Part shown: piece by piece, positions 48,690 through 61,615 of the stretch
Layout: each line of letters opens with the position of its first letter
How positions within the stretch are numbered: position 1 is the first letter of the stretch
The notes under the pieces: generated by a model
Seen by the model: only the letters and a program-made list of their open reading frames with translations
What the model was told of the DNA's origin: nothing
Database searches by the model: none
Position numbers and translations under genes: made by a program
Assembly (NCBI RefSeq): GCF_018977255.1
Contig: NW_024704742.1
Coordinates: forward strand, 36,768,001-36,832,000
Length of the DNA: 64,000 bases
Direction of reading: 5' to 3'
DNA from: Callorhinchus milii
Taxonomy: Eukaryota

Positions 48690-49400
48690 AGTGAGCAAGT
48701 GAAGAGACAGGTGTGATCAAAGCTGGATAGCAACAAATCATTCCAGAGATTTGGCAAGGAAGAGCAGGTTGCAAATAGGATGGTAATGGGTATTTTTTTT
48801 GAAGAGGGGAGTGATGTCAACGGTTTTAAGGGGGAGAGAAACAGTACCCACAGAAGGAGAGGGTGGTGTAGATGGTCTGGGTGACCAGCATTTGAGTGGA
48901 GAGGGGATCCAGGCAGCAGTTGGTGGGCTTCATCTGGGAGATGGTGGTTGAGAGGGAAGGGGAAGTAATCGGGGAAAAGGAGTGTAGGGAGTGGGGAGTA
49001 GTAGGGCCATGGCGGAAGGAGGGAGTGGTGTAGAATGGTCTGAGGGGTGTAGAAGGGCACGTAGCGGAGGAGGATGTTACCAAGCAGATATTTTCAATCT
49101 TTTACACAAAGAAGTCTAGGATCTCTTTGCACTTGCCTTTGAAGTGAGGATGGAGGCAGCTTGGGGTGCGGGTGTGCAGAGGAAGTGATGGATGGTAGAT
49201 AACAGTTCCTTGGGATTGTTTTTGATCTCCATGATGATTTTGGAGTAAAAGCCAGTTTTGGCCTGCGAGAGAGAGGAGGTAGTTGCGAGCTCCTCGAGCC
49301 ACAGCTGGCAGTGGATTGTGAGGCCGGATTTATGCCAGCTGTATTCGAGTGTCTGGGTTCAGCAACACCCCACCCATCCCTACTGTGCCACACCTATGCA
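48690..49400 (-). mobile_element. Decayed L2 ORF2 internal fragment (region upstream of and at the start of RT)
   Basis: MKPTNCCLDPLSTQML (compare L2 'K.T.C.LDP.PT.LL') and a degenerate NYRPISNLPFLAK-like segment at about 48740-48790. Confidence 0.65.
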
Positions 49401-49844
49401 TGAGACTGTTGGGGTCAGGTCTGCTGCACTAACATACTGAGGGACTTGTACGAAGGTAGTCCTAGTCCCCACAGCAGAAGCATGTGGAAATATTAATATT
49501 TCTGCAGTCCCAGGACCACACACATCTGGTAGAGAGAAGATTCAGAACGCAATTCCAGAAACAACAGTAAAACTTGAGCAACTAGATGGAGGTCATGGTT
49601 GTTAACAAGATCAAGCAGCTACAAAACAGAGTAAATCCAAAAACATGTGTGCTGTTTCTCAGTATGGAGTGGAAGGCATGCTAAGTTCACATGGTTTGAC
49701 ATTTCAAACCATAGACTCTTAGGTTATGCAGCAATATGAAAGAAATGCATAATTTCTCTTCTGTAAATGATCCATTTTAGTTGTGGAGGCTATTGCTGGT
49801 TTTATTATGTACCAATTGCAATCCTTAGAAAAGGACAATTTAAT

Positions 49845-50350
49845 AAAACAACACATTTACATTTGTATAGCATGTTTCAAATCAGAAGGATGTCCCAAGA
49901 TGCTGGACAATCCTGGATTGCCACCCTAACTGGGGGTGGAAGGTGGAGGCTGGGAGGAGAGAGAAAGATGACTGAAAGCGCAATCAAGGAGGAAGATCTT
50001 GAGACGGATCTTGAAAGGGGCGACGCAACTCCAGGATGGAGTTCCAAAGAATGCGGCAGATGGGCTGAAAGACTGACTGTCCATGGTGGGGCTGGAGATA
50101 TAGAGCAGGCCACTGCCTGCTGAACAGAGGGAGTGTTTGAGTTGTTACGGTTTGAGAAGGTTGCAAGAGATAGGACAGCGCAAGGCCATGGAGGGATTTA
50201 AAGTTGAGGATGAGGATCTTGAACTCAATCCATTGGAGGATGGTGGGCCAATGTAGCTCCTGGGAGAAGTTCTGGCTAGCCCCAGATTGTGCAGGCAAGA
50301 GTTGGGTAGTCTGTTGAGTAGAGCATTGAAACAACTGAAGAGCCACAAGC
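49845..50350 (-). mobile_element. Older L2 3' fragment
   Basis: LHWPTILQWIEFKILIL..KSLHGLA; tail. Confidence 0.8.
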
Positions 50351-51362
50351 AAAAATGATCAGGGGAGAGAAGCAGACAACAACGACAACGATGACTTTTA
50401 TTTATGCATTTATTTAGCATTCTTCACACAGGATATTGTCTCAGACGTTGAATAATGTCTTGGAACATCAAAGCAGTGAATGAATTCTCAATGTCTTATT
50501 TGTTCAAGAATGAGATTCTGCAGGAACTTTAATGCTGAATACCATAATTAAAATTGAAACCGTTTACTTAAACAGTTTTTAAGGGACTTTGGGTTCTATT
50601 ATGTAAACCATGTGTAAATGCAGTTGTATTATGCAACATGCATAAATAATACATTTAACAATCTAAGAAAAGGATCTGTTATTAATTATGTAATTAATAA
50701 ATCAATTTCATTGCTGTTGTGAGAAGTGAAAGGCAAGTCTTCATTCCCTTCAAGCTTGAATGATTGGGCTAGTCTTAGTATCATGATAGAAGCCAGTGCT
50801 ACGGTATTGGCAAATAACATTGCACAGGGGTCTAAGCCACAGCCATTTCAACCTGGATTACTGTATGATATAACAGTAATCATACTTGCATTTCATATAA
50901 TGCCTATGATGTCAAAATGTATCAAAGTGCTTCAAAGATTATTATTATCAAGTGTAGTGGCTGTGTTGTTGTAGGTAAGCTTCCTATATTCAGGAATCTG
51001 AAGGGGTTCATCTTCCGGTCACTGGAGGATACGTCACATTAACTTGTGGAACCTCCATTCTGAAAGCAGATTGTGTCTGAAGAAATTCCTGCCACTCAGG
51101 TTGAAGTGTTCCTAGATTCCTTATATAAGAAATTTTATATAAGCAATCTTGTTTGAAATTGCTACATTTGTACAAAACTGTTCACAATTACAGTCTTGAT
51201 GTGCAGATATTTGATTTTTACAAGTGAGTCTGAGTGAAATAATCCATTTGTGAAGTTTGACTGCCCATGTGGTTTGAGCCCTGAAATTTACAGGCAGTCC
51301 ATCAAAGGCAAGATTTAAAAGTTTTGGTTGCTGTGGAGNAAAAAACAGAATATATCAATATC

Positions 51363-51685
51363 GTGGAGTCCTGTAGCTCAGTGGTTAGAGCACTCGCTTT
51401 GCAAGCAAGAGACCTGAGTTCAATTCCAGGCAGGTCAGGGCGAAACCTTGGGCAAGTTTCCTTACTCCACACGCCTAATAATAATCCCTCCAAAACCCAA
51501 AACAATAATAAATTGGTCATTTTCAATCTACGACTGTTTGTGGGACATTGCTGTGCGCAATTGGCTGCCGCGTTCGCCCACAAATATACAGTCAATTCAC
51601 GTTACAGTGTGTTCTGTGAAGCGCTTTGGGACATCCTCCCGATGTGTAAAGCGCTATATCAAATGCAAGGATTATTATTATTATT
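51363..51685 (+). mobile_element. Young SINE, short subfamily, full length
   Basis: Head, Deu domain and tail; accounts for the spurious ORF 51324-51773. Confidence 0.95.
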
Positions 51686-51687
51686 TT

Positions 51688-51958
51688 TAATAATCGTTGC
51701 ATTTGATACAGTGCCTTTAACATTGGGAGGATGTCTCAAGGTGCTTCACAGAATATACTGCAAAGCATTGTGACTGTATTTTCTAGGTGAATGGAACAGC
51801 CAATTTGGGCACGACATTGTCCTACAAACAGCTTTGAAGCACTCCCCCAGGACTTCATTGGAGAAACAGCCTAGACATGTGAGTTCAAAGTCCTAACATT
51901 GGACTTGAACCCACAACCTCTGGTTCAGAGGCAAGGTTGCTACCAATTGAGCTCGGCT
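51688..51958 (-). mobile_element. Older Deu-SINE, internally deleted, tail-to-tail with the previous SINE
   Basis: Head GGACTTGAACCCACAACCTCTGGTTCAGAGGCAAGGTTGCTACCAATTGAGC. Confidence 0.75.
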
Positions 51959-53289
51959 GGCACGCTTTAATCAGGTGGAAATAGTGCGCTGACAGGGTGA
52001 AAAATGTGATATGCGACTTGATAATTATCACATGTACTGCATTTTCTAACCTGATTTTTCCACAACAAGTGTTGCATTTCAATTTGCATCATTACTTCAA
52101 TTTGCATTACTATTCATTAGTTGTTTGAAGCTTTTTGTTGCACTCCTCCCAATGTTTTTGTAAGCATTGGATAACCCATTGTAAGCACTCAACAACAACT
52201 TTGTAAAACAGTTTGTGAGCAGCACATGTTTGGTAAACACAGGAAAAAGGTTTGCCAAACAATGATTTTTGTTATAACAAGAGTAGGGGTTAATCTTCAC
52301 TTCTAAAACACATTACCAACCTTAGCAACATGTGCATGTAGTTTAATTTTCCATTTGCTTGCCGACAAAGTTGTTAGATTTGCTAACCAGTGCAAAATTC
52401 TGAAAACAGAAAGCAGTTGATAATTCTGTAATGCTTTGATTGATTAGTTGACAAATTTGTACAAAAGAAGAAATGGTCTTTCATTGTCTATGTTTTGTTA
52501 TTCCTGATTTACATTATCTTCCCATTGACGGAGTATAGTTTATAGCGATATTGAAAAGGACTCAATGTTACTCCTCAATGTTCTCTGCCAGTCTCTGTAT
52601 CATTTTGCCGATAAGAGCAACAATCTTACCACAAAAACATTTCCTGAGCAATGAGATCAATAAAGATAAAACACCAGTTTCAATTTCTCAGCAAAAAAAA
52701 TTCTCATGTGCAGATCACACGCACCCATTCTGAAGCTTTAATTGATAAGTATCTGTGCGGCTGAATATTGACTCCTGACTCATTTCTTGTGTTACAGCCT
52801 CGGCTGTGTTACAGAACTTTGGGACACTGTAGAATGCGTTTTATTGTCAATGCAGAGTGCTTGGCTTCTCTGCATTGCACATTAATGGAGTAGGATGTAC
52901 TTATTTTTTTTAAAATCTGATTTCATTTCATCCGTGTAATTATTAAACACAAATTCAAAGATGAGGCGATTGTGACATTAGTTTTGCAGCGTTGAAGATC
53001 TGTTAAGGCAGGATTATTTCCATAGTAACATTGAATGGTCCATTATAAGATGTCACCAGGGAAAATGACGAGCACAGTTTGGCACATGTCTGGCAGATGA
53101 TTCGCGAGAAAACTGAGTAAGGAGTGACAGGATGTATGTTTAAACACATGATTCCTCAAACTTTGAGTTCATGACCTCAAGATATCCGTGGAGCAGGCTC
53201 TAATGCTCTGATGGAGGCAAACATTCCATTACTGGTACATTACACCGGTGCATTAATGTATAGTCTAATAACACAATCTCCGCTGTGTC

Positions 53290-53575
53290 TCTCATCCTTG
53301 AATGAGGCTTTAAACCAAGGTCCCATCTGCCTGTTTAGGTGGATGTTAAAGATCCCACAGCACTACTTGAAAAGAGAAAGGAATTTCTCTCAGTGACCTG
53401 GCCAGCCATTCTTCAAATATATTTGGTCATTCACCACATGGCTGTTTGTGGGACATTTGTTTCGCCCTCAAAATTCACAGTCAATCCATTTTACAGTATA
53501 TCCTGTGAAGTGCTTTCAGGTGTCTCAATGACGTGATAAGGTGCTATATCAAAGCAAGAATTATTATTATTATTG
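53290..53575 (+). mobile_element. Older Deu-SINE, 5'-truncated
   Basis: TAAACCAAGGTCCCATCTGCCTGTTTAGGTGGATGTTAAAGATCCCACAGCACTA. Confidence 0.75.
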
Positions 53576-55351
53576 TTATGTGATGTTATGTTATGAAAAG
53601 AACTACCGGGTTGGTCTACACATATAGAGGCACTACACTTTAGAGCAGACTTAATAAGGCGTTATATCAAATGCAAGGATTATTATTATTCCTTAAACAC
53701 TTTGTGACATTATAGCCACTATATTAAGTTATAAATTGTATTATTATATCAGGAAGTGACTTGCTGCAGAATGTAAAATGTACAGAAACAGAGCAATTAC
53801 ATACAGCACTTGCAGAATGCCTTAAACATTCTTTTAAACCAGTTTTTAACATTTGCTGCAGTACTGTACTGAATTGCTTTGGTTCGTGATCAATGGACAC
53901 AAATCTCATTCGAATCAGCATATGTATATTTGAGTAAAGTGATATCCCTAAAAATACACTAAACAATGCATAATATATTGTTCAACTCTTTTGAAACATT
54001 CCTTTTGGCATTGTTCTTTCACTGTAAGTGTTGCAAAACGTTTCTGTGGGCGAAATGCCGATCGTCTGCCTGCAGTGTGACTGTATCATTGAGTATTATG
54101 TGTAGACAGGAAAATACATGGGTGACATTCACTAAATGCCAGCTAGAATTGAGGAAGGATACACATCTGCTGTCGAGTGGTGTCCAACAGTTGTTAGTTC
54201 TTTCGATAAGATATGCAAATATCAGTGACATCGTGGCACTGCGTCATATGTTTGTGGTAACAAATGTGCTGGTGTCACCAAACTCTAGCTTTTGCAAAAA
54301 GAACAGAAGCAAAGAGCAAAACAGCGACAGGTTTCCTAAGACCCTGTGCAGTAACATCTTAATATAGTGTCTTTCCCATTGACCTGTGGCATCTGTGGTT
54401 TAGGAGCCGGAGGCTTGAGGTACTGTGCAGTTGATGTTTAGGTTTAGCTGGTCGCTTATTATCTGCTAGTATGTATTTTGCTTCGAACAGACAGGCTCTA
54501 ATTGCAGCTTTAAATTTAACCCCACTTAAGAGTGGTCAATTTCAATCTTTGCTAACAAAACAAATCCTCTGTCATGTGCTAAACATACGCTACTGTGCTA
54601 TGAAGAATTTCACTTTCTAACGTTGAATTATGGTGGGGGAGAGGGAGTGGTAATGATGCATACCATCTTTTCAGTTTTTCTGGCATATACCCTTTACTCC
54701 TCTGACTGTGGTGCTCGCTCCCTACCCTCTCACTCCAACATTGGTGGCTGTCTTCAGCGAGCGCACTTTGGAATTCTCTGTCAAAATACCTTTGCCTTTC
54801 TACCTCTCTTGTTGCTTTGAAAATTTTCCTCAAAGTGATCTCTGACCATGAGGTTGGTTAACATCTTTAAATCTTTCATTTCCCTTCTACTTTTGTCAAG
54901 TGCTTAGCGATGCCCCTGTAAGTGAATGGTGTTGCATAAATGCTTGTTGTTGCATTCACTTATGATATTACTTGAAGCTTTGCAGTGTATCTTTGTGGCA
55001 TTAAACTGTGCTGAAGTGGAAATATTTTCAATGTTACGTGCTCCACTTTCTACCTCTGTGAAACAGAACAATATTTAATTCCAAATAAATGTCAATGGCT
55101 TGAGAAGTGGGAAGGATGAATATCACTCATTAAGGGAAATAACAAACGATTGGAGATGGAGATATTGTATTATAATAAACCTTGCATTTGTTAAGGCACC
55201 TTATCATTTCATCAATGCATCTCAAAGAGCTTTTGCTGTCAATGTGTAGTGACTGTGTATTTGTAAGCAAATGCAGCACCTAATTTGTGCACAGTAATGT
55301 CCCAAAATAGCCATGAAGTGAATGACCATTTTTTGTCTGACTTGACAATGC

Positions 55352-55570
55352 TAATAATAATAATCCTTGAATTTGATACAGCACCTTATCATGTCGCGGA
55401 GATGTCTCAAAGCATTTTACAGTGTATACTGTATACTGATATGACTGTGTATTTTGTGGCAGAAAGCAGCCATTGATTTGCGCATGGCATTGTCCCACAA
55501 ATAGCCAAGGAGCGAAGTGAGTGACCAATTTAATTTGATGGATTGTTGATTTGAACATCAGAAGAAACTC
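55352..55570 (-). mobile_element. Deu-SINE 3' part
   Basis: Tail plus Deu domain. Confidence 0.75.
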
Positions 55571-55674
55571 CCTTGAAATAACCTTGAAACTCCTTTGGTA
55601 CTTGTGAATGAAACCTGGCTCATCTCAAGCCAGACATACGAGACATACCGGAACAAATTATTTTTTAGTCTTTT

Positions 55675-55858
55675 TCTTAAAAATTGGTCTCTCAATCCAT
55701 GACTGTTTGTGGGACGCTGCTGTGCACAATTGGCTTCCCTGTTTCGCTCACAAAATACACAGTCAATTCACTTTACAGTATATCCTGGGAAACGCTTTGA
55801 GATGTCTCGACAACTGTGAAAAGGCGCTATATCAAATACAAGGATTATTATTATTATA
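55675..55858 (+). mobile_element. Young SINE 3' part
   Basis: Deu domain plus tail. Confidence 0.85.
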
Positions 55859-58819
55859 GTTTAGTGATGTATTTGTTTGATATTTATCACATCAAATGCC
55901 TATGGACATTCCAGAGGCCAACCACCCACAGATCAACTTTGTTCTCAATCGGTAAAATTTTGCCATTGGACATTAGATTTCTGCCATTTGATTGTCAGTT
56001 AGCTACTCTGAGCATTTAATTTTGCAAAAAAAACTATCCGCTAATCAGCAGTTGAAGTCCATGATCCAAACTGGAACTCCAATGCAACAGGCCTGGCTTC
56101 TCAGACACCATCATATGGAACAAAATCAAGGCGGAATGTCGGTCTATCTCTATCATATTTAATATGGTATATAAGTAAACCCAGAACATTATTTCCGAAC
56201 GCATCAAGACTGTAGAAGAAGAGACCATAAGTTTAGAGTTGCAAAGGGCAATTTCAGGACCGACCCAGAAAGAAGCTTGATATTGTGGTGGGAAGATTGT
56301 ATTCTGGAAGAAAGAAATCTAGTGGACCAAAGAACCTTCTTCACCTGCTGTTATACTGTAGTGATCTCATTGTGAGGTTTCTCTTTAAACGTTTCTGTGT
56401 GTTAGAAACTACTTGACATTCTCAAAACAACAACAACTACTTGCATTTATACACTGCTGATCACGCGGGTATCATGTAGGAGAGCTTGACATTCCTAATG
56501 CTGCAGATTTAAAATAGTCAAAAATTGGTTACTCCAATTCAAACACATTTTGCCTAGCTGTTGGGTTAAAGGGTAAATTCTGTATGCCGCAGTATCAATA
56601 CATCTTATACTGTCAGTAAAAATATAGTAGATACAAACTTGATCTGATAAGGTTGCACCTGCGGTAAGCAAAATATCACCCTTGCTCCAAAAATAAATTA
56701 AAAATGCGATAAAGATCATCAGGGTGGGACATTAAAAAGGTACCACAGCAAAATGCGCTTTGATCAAAGTAGATAAAATATACTATATTTTCGTTAAAGG
56801 TTTTTAGAATCCTTTTATTAAGTGAAAATCAGTAACCTGAAGTTAAAAATATAAAGCAAACTGAGGAGAAAATCAGTATTCGGTTTCTGAGGGAGGATGA
56901 AAGCTTTGCATTTGGCAGTTGTATACTCTTCAATAGATTGCATGCGTTTCATTTCCTTTTAATATTTAGTGACGTGTCGCACTCCTCAAAGTGCCAGTTT
57001 GAGGAAATAGAACGTTGCTTCACTTTTAGCGCTGTGTCAGCAGTACATCTCCCATAATAGGTATAGTTTGACTAACAACAACAGCAACTTGACATGAACA
57101 TTAATGGCCTTCATGTAGAATAACGTCTCAGAGAGCTTTATAATGGTGGAGCACGTTAGTAATTAAATGGATATGGTGAGTAGAGAAATGGGGAAGAAGG
57201 GGATCAGAGAGATAAAGAGGTGATAGACCATGAAGTGATTTGTAAGTCAGGGCAAGGACCTTGAATTTGATCCGCTGAGAGATAGGGAGCCAGTTCAATT
57301 CAAATTCATAATACAGGTAATGAAGGAACTGCTGTCTCACCATTTCCCGCTGTGAGGTCTAGTATAGGTTGATCCCTAAAAATGATCTTTTCTGTGAAAT
57401 ATTTAGAAAATAAAAACATTATGAAGATTCAGTGAAAATTTCTATTTTTAGTAATCAGAATGCATTAAATCTCTATATGTTAAAAAGTAAATAAAAGCTG
57501 CCTAGGATACAGTGAATCTTTATCAGAGTTGTCTCATTGTGCTCTCTATGATGGATCAAGATTCCCTATGTTGGAACCCTTTTGTTATACTACAGGTTGG
57601 ACAGTATGAAACACATTACACCCGCAAAACATAATTAATTCACTTTACAGTATATTCTGTGAAGTGCTTTGAGACGTCTAGAAGACGTATTAAGGTTCTA
57701 AAGGTCCTAAACCAAATGAAAGGATTATTATTATACTGATAAACGTAAATAGGTTTAACCATAGCAGTGGTGAACTGGATCCCTCTGAAGCTGTGTGCAT
57801 GGAGTGGCGATCTAGATTCTGGAGAGGGCTGGAGTACTTCATGTGCATGTTCCTGTTTGGATCATTGCTTTCGATTTCATTCATAATATTAAATGACTGT
57901 ACTTCCTTAACTGTACCAGGAACAATGTGGCTTAATGTTTAGTGATGATTTTACTCACTGGTTGAGTGGTGGAAGGTCAGAAAGAATGTTAGAAGGAAGT
58001 TGAATTATTTAGTATATTGACTAAGGTGACTCAACAACAACAAGATTACATTTGTATAGCTAGGGAAATTGTTCAACATGGTTCAAGTTGTTCATCAAGT
58101 ATTGGGATATTAGAGTAAGAAAGTGGCGCTGAGTGTTTTTTATAACAAAGGATGATCAAACTTGTGGACTAATTGTCAGGAAAGTCCATTAAAGCAGAAT
58201 AAATGGGTCAAGACACCAGAAGATTAATTTCTGAAATGAGGGGATTGAGGATGATGGTATGAAGGCAGGAAAAGTGGGTTGAGATCAAACAATAAAGAAT
58301 GGCTAATTCTTTTAGCTATTAGCACCTAATGTGCTAATGACCTTTCTTCCTGAACAATTATTTTCTTCTGAACAGGGCTGATTTCATGATTATACCAAGG
58401 ATTTACTGTCCTCTTGTTGATAAATTTACTGACCTTGGTGGCAAGCGAGTATTATATTTGCGATTATTTGTAAAATCACTGTTATTTGACAATGTTATAA
58501 AGTTATATTAGTTATAAAGTTGAGCAATTCACAATATGATTCATGTAGATGCATTGTAAATATACAGTAATTGGATACAGTGATTGGATTTTGCTTGATT
58601 ATAATTATAATTTCTTTTCTTTTTGAAATATGTTTTGATGCAGGTAATTGAGGTGAAGGATGTTACTATTAGGAATCAGAATTCTTTCCTATTGTGCACT
58701 CTCGGTGAGCACTTCCAGCTTAGTATAGAAAGCACAGTGAGAACCAGACTAAAGCTCACGCTTTGTTGAGTTACAGCTATCTGTACAGTGTGTGTGTGTA
58801 TATATAATACATAAAATCC

Positions 58820-59128
58820 TAATAATAATCCTTGCATTTGATATAGTGCTTTTCACATCTTCTAGATTCTCAAAGCACTTCACAGAATATACTGTAAAGT
58901 GAATTGACTGTATAGTTGTGGGCGAAATGTGGCAGCCAAATTGCGCACAGCAGTGTTCCACAAACAATCATGGATTGAAGTGAAAAATGTATTGTTTTTT
59001 TTCTTGAGGGATTATTATTAGGTGTGTGGAGTAAGGAAACTTGCCCAAGGTTTCACATTGCCGGGAATTGAACCCAGGTCTCTCGCTTGAGAGGTGAGTG
59101 CTCTAACCACTGAGCTACAGGACTCCAT
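58820..59128 (-). mobile_element. Young SINE, short subfamily with TCTAGAAG-type tail
   Basis: Full head-to-tail copy. Confidence 0.93.
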
Positions 59129-59849
59129 ACACATACACTATATTATTATGGCAAAGACTTCAGGTTTCCTTGCTATTCCGGTGCTGGTGATTCTCATGAT
59201 TTTAAGATTATTGATATGATTATGACTTTGTTGTATTTGTGAATCAGGCTCAGTACCTTAATCTATGAATGGCTCCTGATTGCCTACGGTGCTCCCATTA
59301 CTTTTGGAAAAGCAATTAACCTACATTAATGTTTTGCTGCAAAAGACTGCCCAACACCACTATCCACATCCCTTTATACCAGCTATCGTCCTGTAATGTA
59401 ATTTTGACTCCCTTTGCATCATAAAGTAAACAACTTAGATTTCATTTTGATCATTTTAAATTCAGTCAAAACTCTATTTTTTAAAAATAAAATGCTTCAC
59501 CTTTGAATTTGAATTTCCTGACTGTTTCCTGGTAATGTTAAAATTGTGAGAATTACTCAGAGGCCATATGGGCCTTTTTTTGCAAAGCAAACTGCATTGC
59601 AATTGTGGTTTTCAGCCACAAGGAAACATTTATTAAACACTGATACTGATTTGAAAGGGGTATACTTTGCATTACATAATCAGTAAATTGAATGTATTGG
59701 GATATGGGTTGGTTGGCTGAGATTATATTGATGTGGACTGAAATAAACCAAAGCACTACTTCAAGATTACCTGCTCGTCCCTAGTAAAATCGTGGAATAG
59801 CAAGAAACCTGAAGTCTTTGTCACAAAAACGTAGAGCGTATGTGTGTGG
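59125..59849. repeat. Inverted repeat, about 55-bp arms (59125-59179 / 59794-59849)
   Basis: Core 59152-59179 equals the reverse complement of 59794-59820 except for one 1-nt indel; the outer part is degenerate. Confidence 0.85.
59560..59788 (+). repeat. Direct duplication, copy 1 (partner 61388-61615)
   Basis: About 11 substitutions and 1 indel over 229 bp by manual alignment. Confidence 0.95.
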
Positions 59850-60059
59850 TACTCAAGATTGAAGAAGAAAAAGAATGAGCTGACTGGTGCCATCTGCTCC
59901 TATTCAGTAACTGTAGATATATGTAATAGGTAAAGCTACCAATTTGCTTAGTACTGAAGTGAGTGAATGGAACTAATAGTAAAGCTTCAGAGCTGCTGTT
60001 GCGTGATTGACAGTAGTGATAGATTGTGTTTCTTTTACAAGATCCGTGCTGTATTATCA

Positions 60060-60350
60060 ACAACTACCACAACAACAACAACAACTTCGATTTATATAGC
60101 GCCAGAGCGCTTCACAGTAACGGATCCCAGGGCTGAGCCGGGGGAGGAAAGTGACCAAAGGCGCGGTCGAAAAGAAAGGTCTTCAGCAGAGACCTGAACG
60201 TAAGAAGAGAAGGGGCGAGGTGAAGGGAGTGAGGAAGGGAGTTCCAGAGCCTCGGGGTATAGTGGCTGAAGGCACGGCTGCCAAGGGTGGAGCAGAGGAC
60301 TCAGGGGACAAGGAGGAGGCCAGACCTGGAGGAACGAAGGCAACGGGCAC
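60060..60350 (-). mobile_element. L2 LINE 3' end (variant family)
   Basis: (CAA)n..ATTTATATAGCGC..GGTCGAAAAGAAAGGTCTTCAG..GTTCCAGAG..GTGGCTGAAGGC. Confidence 0.8.
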
Positions 60351-60787
60351 TGTTTTGAGGAGAGAAGGTGTCCTCTACCTGAGGAATTGATTTCTTAGAT
60401 GCAAGAAGCGTAATAATACTGCACAGATCAACTTTCAAACAGATCCAATATAAAATGGATGCAGTGTGTGAGCCAGTTCCAATCTCCGTTTTGTTAGGTT
60501 TGTCTTTCTCACTTATTACCAAAGCAATAAATGACACCTCATCGAGCATGACTCCACAGCAGAATGATGTTACCTTTTGCTGCAGTTGTACCAAAATAGA
60601 GCATCCCATTAGGAATAGTAAAAGCTCCCAGATGAACTTAAAGACATCATAATAAACATTTCCATGTATTTTGTTAAAATGTTAAATTAAGTGTTAGGAG
60701 TTAAGCAACGCTACAATTAAGCTTTCAGTGTGCCTAGTTTCTTGTATGATAGCATGACAGCATTGCAGGTGACACTATTGGACTGTT

Positions 60788-61322
60788 TAACAACAACAAG
60801 ATTACATTTGTGTAGCACTTTTCATGTCAGGAGGATGTCCCAAGGCACTGGACAGTGTACATAGTGGAGTCCTGTAGCTCAGTGGTTAGAGCACTCGCTT
60901 TGCAAGCGAGAGACCTGAGTTCAATTCCAGTCAGGGCGAAACCTTGGGCAAGTTTCCTTACTCCACACGCCTAATAATAATCCCTCCAAAACCAAAAACA
61001 ATAATAAATTGGTCATTTTCAATCGACGACTGTTTGTGGGACATTGCTGTGCGCAATTGGCTGCCGCGTTCGCCCACAAATATACAGTCAATTCACAGTG
61101 TGTTCTGTGAAGCGCTTTGGGACGTCCTCCCGACGTGAAAAGCGCTATATCAAATGCAAGGATTATTATTATTATTCAGACTCGAGCTGGGGTCAGGGAG
61201 GGAGAAGGGAGGGGAAGAGGGTGACCGATGGCATGGTCGAAGAGGAGGGTCTTGAGGTGTGACTTAAAGGAGGCTAAGGAGGGGGGGTGAAGCAGAGTGA
61301 TTGGGGAATGGAATTCCAGAGG
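60788..61322 (-). mobile_element. L2 3' end (family 'a') split by a SINE
   Basis: Tail at 60788-60855; continues CGAGCTGGGG..GGTCGAAGAGGAGGGTCTTGAG from 61177. Confidence 0.8.
60864..61176 (+). mobile_element. Young SINE, short subfamily, full length
   Basis: GTGGAGTCCTGTAGCTCAGTGGTTAGAGCACTCGCTTTGCAAGCGAG.., Deu domain, GGGACGTCCTCCCGACGTGAAAAGCGCTATATC tail. Confidence 0.96.
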
Positions 61323-61387
61323 TTTAGTGCTGCTGCTTGTGAAATGTGGACAACCTTAAGAACATCAATTAAATGAATGTATCCCTT

Positions 61388-61615
61388 GAGGCCATATGGG
61401 CCTTTTTTGCAAAGCAAACTGCATTGTAATTGTGGTTTTCAGCCTCAAGGAAACATTTATTAAACACTAATACTGATGTGAAAGGGGTATACTTTGCATT
61501 ACATAATCAGTAAATTGAATGTATTGGGATATGGGTTGATTGGCTGAGATTATATTGATGTGGATTGAAATAAACCAAAGCACTACTTCAAGATTATCCA
61601 CTCATCCCTTGTAAA
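61388..61615 (+). repeat. Direct duplication, copy 2 (partner 59560-59788)
   Basis: Same manual alignment as copy 1. Confidence 0.95.

Noticed and set aside
51324..51773. 149-aa ORF and the many ..QSIHFTV.. / ..[10 protein letters not shown].. ORFs
   Set aside because: Translations of the non-coding SINE.
53966..54367. 133-aa ORF in unique sequence
   Set aside because: No recognisable domain or splice support; consistent with a chance ORF.
60866..60940. tRNA-Ala(TGC)-like cloverleaf, also at other SINE heads
   Set aside because: Always fused to the SINE body and tail, with degenerate acceptor and T arms; a SINE head, not a tRNA gene.
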